From: a bacterium
Lineage (GTDB): Bacteria; Zhuqueibacterota; Zhuqueibacteria; Oceanimicrobiales; Oceanimicrobiaceae
Length of the DNA stretch: 21,974 bases
Assembly (NCBI GenBank): GCA_046757525.1
Contig: JBHHYI010000067.1
Coordinates: 1-21,974 of the forward strand
Reading direction: 5' to 3'
This document shows, in pieces, positions 16,658 to 21,974 of the stretch. The notes beneath the pieces are model-generated. The model was not told the DNA's origin, ran no database searches, and worked only from the letters and a program-made list of their open reading frames with translations. The first letter of the stretch is position 1. Each line of letters opens with the position of its first letter. Both the position numbers and the translations under genes were made by a program.

Positions 16658-16924
16658 TCATGTTAACTCCCGAACCCACCGACGATAGAGAAAATTGTAG
16701 ATGGGTACAAAAACCAACCCGGCATAAACGCCATAAAGAAAACTCTCGATTAACCCCAATAGAAATCCCCACCAGGTGAGCCACTTAAAGGCGGGGAGCA
16801 CAATTTCGAGGAAGTTGTGCATGTGCAGACTTTCGGGAGTAATCAAGCCGTAAATAACACAGAGTACGAAACTTACGACGGAAAACAGGCCTAAAGACCA
16901 TGAGACGACTTTCATATTCAACAT
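16658..16924 (-). CDS. DUF5676-like small membrane protein
   Basis: FVLCV, LHMH, LPAFKWL and FLLGLIESFLYG...FVPIYN motifs. GGAGG precedes ATG 16924. Confidence 0.8.
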   Translation of the reverse strand: MLNMKVVSWSLGLFSVVSFVLCVIYGLITPESLHMHNFLEIVLPAFKWLTWWGFLLGLIESFLYGVYAGLVFVPIYNFLYRRWVRELT

Positions 16925-17001
16925 GTTCACCCTCCCTTGAATTAGCTTAATCTTACTATTCGTTCTTTAAAGGCATTACCCCTAATGAGGAGTGTAATCA
17001 A

Positions 17002-17550
17002 TCATTTAGATAACCCAGGACTGATTCTATCCAATGAAATTACGAAGGTGGTGCCCTGTCCTGGCTTGCTTTTGACTTTAATACTACCACTGTGTGCCTC
17101 GACAATGGACTTGGCAATTAACAAACCCAGGCCCACACCACTGCTGTCACCATCAGAGGCATGGCCATGATAGAATGGATCGAAAATGTGCGGCAAACAT
17201 GCAGGTTCGATACCCGATCCTGTATCTGCAACGCTTATGCAGATTTTTTGTCCTTCCTCATAACACTGAATAGTGATCCGGCCACCTGGTGGCGTAAATT
17301 TGAAACTGTTGGAAAGTAGATTATGCAAAACCTGTAATAACCTATTAGGATCACCCATGATCATCAAACCTTTTTTAGGGTTTGCCATTTTCAATGAAAT
17401 GTCTTTTTCCTTACACATGGGTTGCATTTCATCGATGGCATTTCGTACCAGCTCGTTTACCGGGATAGGTTCCATGTGCTTCTCTTTGCTGCAGGACAAA
17501 AACGACATTACAAGGGTACCCGTCACAATGAATTTGATAATAGAATACAT
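17002..17550 (-). CDS. Stand-alone HATPase_c domain (no HisKA) with an apparent lipoprotein signal peptide
   Basis: LLQVLHNLLSNSFKFT, DTGSGI, IFDPFY, GVGLGL and GQGTTF are present, with no H-box. N-terminus MYSIIKFIVTGTLVMSFLSC follows a GGGAG RBS. Confidence 0.75.
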   Translation of the reverse strand: MYSIIKFIVTGTLVMSFLSCSKEKHMEPIPVNELVRNAIDEMQPMCKEKDISLKMANPKKGLMIMGDPNRLLQVLHNLLSNSFKFTPPGGRITIQCYEEGQKICISVADTGSGIEPACLPHIFDPFYHGHASDGDSSGVGLGLLIAKSIVEAHSGSIKVKSKPGQGTTFVISLDRISPGLSK

Positions 17551-17676
17551 AAAGAAATTCTCCCGTTCATTAGCACATGATCTGTTCAACCCCCCATGTC
17601 ATTCTGTAAGAATCTCTTTGAAATCGTCTTCAAAATCTCCAAGGCACAAAGGATTCTTACTGAATGACAGTTGAGG

Positions 17677-19515
17677 TTATTTAATTTCCCAGCTTTCCGG
17701 CAGCAGACATGGGGCTGCTTCATCCTCAACCGTACAGCACTTCCGTAACACCACTACCGTCATGAGACCGTTGCCAAAGGTAGCCAGACTGGAATGCGCG
17801 CAGTGATGGTAAGGTCTTTCCTTTTTAGGAAGAAAGCGCCAATCGAAAGTCTTCCCCAGAAATTTTTCTAACATGAAAGAATAGAGTCTACTTATTCCGA
17901 ATCTCGGCATGCTTGAAAACGCGTAAATCACATAGCCCCCCTCTTTGATTACCCGTAAAAATTCCCGCACAGCGGTTTTGGGATCTGGAAGCGTTTCGAT
18001 GGCCCAGGTGCTGATCACAGCGTCAAACGATTTGTCAGCAAAAGGAAGCCGCCGCATATCGGACTTTTTGAACTGCACACGAGAATCGGGGAGTTTTTCA
18101 CGCGCCACGTTCAGCATCCCCGAAGAGACGTCGATGGCAACGATTTGTTTTGATCGGGTTAAACGCAACACTGTCCTGGTGGACTCCCCGGTGCCACATC
18201 CCGCGTCAAGGATGATTGCCTCATCTGGAATAAGTTTTTTAACGAGGTGTTCAAAATGATTCCAGGCCGATTTGGCAAATATTTGTTTCCAGAGAAAATC
18301 ACCGGCATCGTACTGTCGGGCCACCCGGTCATAAGTAGCCTCCACTTCTTCCGCAGAAGTTCTAAGAAGTTTAAGAAACCCTAACAAACCGAATTTGGCG
18401 TCCCGCTTCAGTCTGCGCCAGTAATCAACGTAAGACAACGGTCCCTTGAGGACTTCTATGAAAGCCTCACCGGCGGCGGGCTTGAACTTGAATAACGTGA
18501 AGGCGAGCCGCAGGAAGCGGTAGCCAAACTGCGCCACTTTGTGCGCGGCCTCAAACTCGGGATAAATTTCCAGGGCCACGCGCTTCTGATAATCCGAAAC
18601 CTCACGCTTGCCCGTTTCCAGGGCGGCGTGGATGGTGTCGGCGGCTATTTGCCCGCTGCGAATGGCGTAGTAAATCCCTTCACCTAAAAATGGATCGACC
18701 AGGGCCGCGGCGTCACCGACTAATAAAGAGCAGCCGTTAGTAAGCTGAGACTTTGAGCTGGCAAAAAGCGGAATGCGATAACCCCGGCGCTGCTCATTGA
18801 GAATAATCTCGTCCATCCCCTGCTCTTCGAGAAAAACCGAGTAGTAGCTTTTCGGGTGTTTTGCCATATCTTTAACTGAGCCTACGCCCAGGGACCAGTG
18901 GTCCTCTTTGGGGAAAATCCAGCCGTAGCCGTAAGGAATGGCACCCACGTCGAGTCTCACCGTGCCGTTCAGGTCTTGGAATGACTGCGGCTCCACTTTC
19001 ACCTCGCCTTCCAGTGCCACAGCGATGTTGCGCTTGAGGCCGTAACCAAGAAGACGGCTGACAACGCCGTTGACACCATCGGCACCGACTAAGAAGTGAC
19101 AGCGGTAGCGGTCGCGAGGTGTGTGCACTTGGTAGCCAGCGGCGTGCACCTCAATGTCCGTCACCGCCTCGCCATCGTGCAACTCGGCTCCTGCCATCCT
19201 GGCCTTTTTAAACAGGTGGTAGTCAAATTTTTCTCGGCTCACCATATAAGCGATGGGGTCGGGTGAGACCACCTTAATCTCACCCTCGCCGTGAAAGGTC
19301 ATAATGACTTTTGTGACCACCTCTTCTGCGAGTGGTTCCAGAGCTTCATCAAAAATGGTCTGGATTTTTGCCGACAGGCAGCCGCCGCAGGGCTTGTAGC
19401 GCGGCATTTTGAATTTTTCCAATCCCAGTACCTGGTGCCCTCTTTGGGCTAATTGGTAGGCGGCCGTGCTGCCGCCCGGGCCTAAGCCCACGATGATGAC
19501 ATCGTAGGTTTTCAT
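17677..19515 (-). CDS. Geranylgeranyl-reductase-family flavoprotein fused to a class I SAM methyltransferase (UbiE/MenG-like)
   Basis: GLGPGG, RYKPCGG, GADG, YGWIFPK and GDAA-x2-VDPFLGEGIYYA, then YDRVARQYD, ILDAGCGTG, LPFADKSFD and RVIKEGG in one frame. Confidence 0.9.
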   Translation of the reverse strand: MKTYDVIIVGLGPGGSTAAYQLAQRGHQVLGLEKFKMPRYKPCGGCLSAKIQTIFDEALEPLAEEVVTKVIMTFHGEGEIKVVSPDPIAYMVSREKFDYHLFKKARMAGAELHDGEAVTDIEVHAAGYQVHTPRDRYRCHFLVGADGVNGVVSRLLGYGLKRNIAVALEGEVKVEPQSFQDLNGTVRLDVGAIPYGYGWIFPKEDHWSLGVGSVKDMAKHPKSYYSVFLEEQGMDEIILNEQRRGYRIPLFASSKSQLTNGCSLLVGDAAALVDPFLGEGIYYAIRSGQIAADTIHAALETGKREVSDYQKRVALEIYPEFEAAHKVAQFGYRFLRLAFTLFKFKPAAGEAFIEVLKGPLSYVDYWRRLKRDAKFGLLGFLKLLRTSAEEVEATYDRVARQYDAGDFLWKQIFAKSAWNHFEHLVKKLIPDEAIILDAGCGTGESTRTVLRLTRSKQIVAIDVSSGMLNVAREKLPDSRVQFKKSDMRRLPFADKSFDAVISTWAIETLPDPKTAVREFLRVIKEGGYVIYAFSSMPRFGISRLYSFMLEKFLGKTFDWRFLPKKERPYHHCAHSSLATFGNGLMTVVVLRKCCTVEDEAAPCLLPESWEIK

Positions 19516-19583
19516 AACGTGTCTCCGAAAGTTTTGCGACCTAATTATAAATCAGCGAAGCAATTTTTTAACCTCGCCCTCAA

Positions 19584-19751
19584 CTACTTCTCTGTTTCTG
19601 TATCTCGGCCCTTTAAGTACTTCTCCGGATTATTCTGAAAGGTCACCATGCACAGCGGGGTACAGAAGTAGTAGGTTTTGCCTTTGTATACCAACTTGCT
19701 TTCTGCAGTTTGGACCTTAACTTCCATGCCGCAGACCGGATCCTTTGCCAT
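19584..19751 (-). CDS. YHS-domain protein (55 aa)
   Basis: Hand translation MAKDPVCGMEV...YKGKTYYFCTPLCMVTFQNNPEKYL with RBS GGAG. Absent from the ORF track. Confidence 0.92.
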   Translation of the reverse strand: MAKDPVCGMEVKVQTAESKLVYKGKTYYFCTPLCMVTFQNNPEKYLKGRDTETEK

Positions 19752-19864
19752 TGTGATCTCCATTAATTTTAGATATTGCTCTTTTAGACTGTTTTGCTCT
19801 CTTGCCTTAGGGATTTCTCCTGATTCTTAAACACACATTGAGCCCATGATACGTGGCACATGGC

Positions 19865-19899
19865 AAAAACCTCCCGCAGGCTCCGAACCTGTGGGAGGA
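19865..19899 (-). terminator. Probable terminator after the Met-rich gene
   Basis: 11-bp stem CCTCCCACAGG/CCTGCGGGAGG with one mismatch, followed by T5. Confidence 0.6.
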
Positions 19900-19909
19900 G
19901 TAAATAGCT

Positions 19910-20461
19910 TCACTTCTTCTGCATCTTGTAGGTCTGGTTCGGCTCTGCATACTCAACAAATGGCTCTTTTTGGCAATGTTCAATCACTTCCTTGAGACTC
20001 TTTTGTCCAGTGACTTTAAACACGCGCACATTCAGCTCCTTGATCTCTTTCACTTGCTGCATGCCAATCTCCTCGGCCATGGCTTTGATTTGGACCTCTT
20101 TGGTGTCCGGTTTAAACTTGACGAGCACCTCCTGTGCCGCATTTTCGGTGGCCTGCTTCTCGCCAGCCATCATTTTCATCATCATGGCATGCATGTCCTT
20201 GTCTTCCACCATGGCTTTGCACATTTGCATCATTCTTGCCTGGTCCCCCTTCGCAGACTTCATCATCTTCTGCATCATCATCATGCGCATGTGGTCGTCT
20301 TTGGCGATACGCTCCATCATCATGCTCATCATCGTGGAATCTTTCATCATCTCCATCATTTGCATCTGCTTCCCTTCATGCATCTTCCTCTCCTGTGCCA
20401 TCGCGGCCAGGGGCATAAGCAGAAGGCTGATTAGTAAAGCAGCGAAAGTTAGTCGTTGCAT
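19910..20461 (-). CDS. Exported Met-rich protein with C-terminal subtilisin-propeptide-like domain
   Basis: Signal peptide ending AMA, about 28 Met in about 75 residues, EVLVKF...PFVEYAEPN and RBS AAGGAG. Confidence 0.85.
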   Translation of the reverse strand: MQRLTFAALLISLLLMPLAAMAQERKMHEGKQMQMMEMMKDSTMMSMMMERIAKDDHMRMMMMQKMMKSAKGDQARMMQMCKAMVEDKDMHAMMMKMMAGEKQATENAAQEVLVKFKPDTKEVQIKAMAEEIGMQQVKEIKELNVRVFKVTGQKSLKEVIEHCQKEPFVEYAEPNQTYKMQKK

Positions 20462-20549
20462 GATTCATTCTCCTTTTTTTGAATTACTTTTTCATTGACT
20501 GTCATGCGTGTTCTTCGACCCGCTTGAAGTCGAGTTGCTGTTTGCAGTT

Positions 20550-21815
20550 TTAATAAACCATCCTTTTCTTCAACCAACCTTTTCTCCCTATCAAAATGGC
20601 GGTTGCAATGAGCGGCAGTGCCGTCAGCAAGTATGGGACGTGAATGTACCAGGCCAGCAACAGCCCACCCACCAGGGGACCGCCTGCCTGCCCCAGACTG
20701 TTGACGGCGCTTTGTAATCCAAGTGCCGATCCAGCATGTTCTCCCGCACGGTTGCTCACCAGGGCCGCCAAGCTGGGGTTAAGCGCCGCCATTCCGAGAG
20801 CAAAAATAGCAACGTAAACCAGAATCAAAGTCAGCGATTGCGTTGTCATTAAGAATATTAAGCCTATTCCCGTCAAACCGAAACCCGTGGACAACAAAAT
20901 CTTTTCGCCGAGGCGGCCGATAAGCCATCCGACAACACTGGCCTGGGCAGCAGCCATGACCAGGCCGCAAATCACGAACACCAGTCCCATTTGTGCCGCA
21001 CCAAAGCTCAGCACGCGCTGTCCATGCAGGGCAAACGTTCCCTCAAACAGAGTTAGCGCAAACTGGCCAAGAAACGACATACCCAGCAGTTTTCCAAAAG
21101 ATTCTTGCATCAGCAGCCGGCTTATTTTAGGTTTAAGTGTCCTCTCATGTAAAGCCTGTCTCTGAAGCAGTTCAACCCCTGGCGTGTGAATGGATTCGTG
21201 CAGCCAAACCATAGCTAAGAATAAAGCAAGAAGTCCAAACAGCGCTGCTGCAAAAAAAGGCGTAGAAAAGTCATCGGCATAGAAGTGGCCGAACCGATAG
21301 GTAACGTGCCAATCCAGCCGAGACAACCCGGCGCCCATAGCCGGTCCCACCACCAAACCGAGGCTAATGGCGCTGCCCAGCCACGCCATCCCTTTACCGC
21401 GTTGCTTTTCGGAAGTAACGTCCGCCACGTAGGCTGTCGCGGCCGGCAACACGGCTGCTGAGAGGATGCCTCCCAGAATTCTTGCGGTATAGAGCATGAC
21501 CAGGTCCGTGCCTAAACCAAAAAGCACATTGGTAACAGCATACCCGCTTAAGCCAACAACAAAGAGCGGTCTACGGCCAACCCGGTCCGACCACCTGCCC
21601 CAGAGCGGCGCAAAGAGAAATTGCATCAGGGCGAACACTCCCGTCAGTATTCCAACATGCATGGAGGTCTGCTGGGCCGTGGCTCCTTCAGCTAACGCCA
21701 ACCGCTCAATGTAAAACGTCAACACCGGCAGCGTCAGCCCATAGCCAATCATGACCACGAACAAGCAAGCAAATAGAATGGCAAGATGTTTTCTCATGAT
21801 TGAACGCTCAGACAT
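20550..21815 (-). CDS. MFS transporter, DHA1/TetA-like family
   Basis: Motif A GRWSDRVGRR, ARILGG, AYVAD, motif C GLVVGPAMG and about 12 TM helices. Start could be 21797. Confidence 0.92.
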   Translation of the reverse strand: MSERSIMRKHLAILFACLFVVMIGYGLTLPVLTFYIERLALAEGATAQQTSMHVGILTGVFALMQFLFAPLWGRWSDRVGRRPLFVVGLSGYAVTNVLFGLGTDLVMLYTARILGGILSAAVLPAATAYVADVTSEKQRGKGMAWLGSAISLGLVVGPAMGAGLSRLDWHVTYRFGHFYADDFSTPFFAAALFGLLALFLAMVWLHESIHTPGVELLQRQALHERTLKPKISRLLMQESFGKLLGMSFLGQFALTLFEGTFALHGQRVLSFGAAQMGLVFVICGLVMAAAQASVVGWLIGRLGEKILLSTGFGLTGIGLIFLMTTQSLTLILVYVAIFALGMAALNPSLAALVSNRAGEHAGSALGLQSAVNSLGQAGGPLVGGLLLAWYIHVPYLLTALPLIATAILIGRKGWLKKRMVY

Positions 21816-21861
21816 ACGCTAAAAGCACCAGGAGTGTGCGTGAAAATTCATGATATTTTCG

Positions 21862-21974
21862 TTACTCGACGACCAATTTCCCTCTCAGCATCCCCATGGC
21901 ACACTGGAATCCATACTCGCCTGGCTTTTCCGGCGTAAATTCAATGGAAACCGTCTTGTGAGGTGGCAGGGTTG
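21862..21974 (-). CDS. 3' end of a cupredoxin-domain (CupA/EfeO-type) protein, partial
   Basis: Hand translation TLPPHKTVSIEFTPEKPGEYGFQCAMGMLRGKLVVE*, containing the FxCxMGM motif. Confidence 0.85.
   Translation of the reverse strand, partial: TLPPHKTVSIEFTPEKPGEYGFQCAMGMLRGKLVVE

Noticed and set aside
19970..20498. His-rich and Ile-rich plus-strand ORFs (also 11386-11904)
   Set aside because: They are antisense shadows of ATG-rich genes (CAT/ATC codons), with no independent coding evidence.
20550..21815. Calling the MFS gene tetA
   Set aside because: Family motifs do not establish the substrate, and there is no adjacent tetR.

Overview
A bacterial accessory region of about 22 kb in which every supportable gene lies on the minus strand. 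It looks like a copper/heavy-metal and cell-envelope redox island. From right to left it carries a partial cupredoxin, an MFS transporter, a YHS protein, two paralogous exported Met-rich proteins with a subtilisin-propeptide-like domain, a GGR-family reductase/methyltransferase fusion, an orphan HATPase with a lipoprotein signal, DUF5676 and a second FAD oxidoreductase. A sigma-54 operon follows (PII-like protein, membrane protein, dihaem cytochrome c, frameshifted SHOCT gene, DUF302), then DUF2231, an extended ICMT-like protein, a Cys-rich lipoprotein, a zinc-ribbon/CcmH-like protein, and a sensor kinase with an NtrC-type regulator. The highlight is a two-gene unit with its own sigma-54 promoter, IHF site, tandem enhancer sites and terminator. 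It encodes a Cyc2-like monohaem cytochrome-porin with His/Met-rich insertions plus an exported type-1 copper protein. The left end holds the deletion remnant of a second kinase/regulator pair and an integron attC-like site. Several REP-like palindromes are scattered through the window. All family calls come from motif recognition by eye, not database searches.
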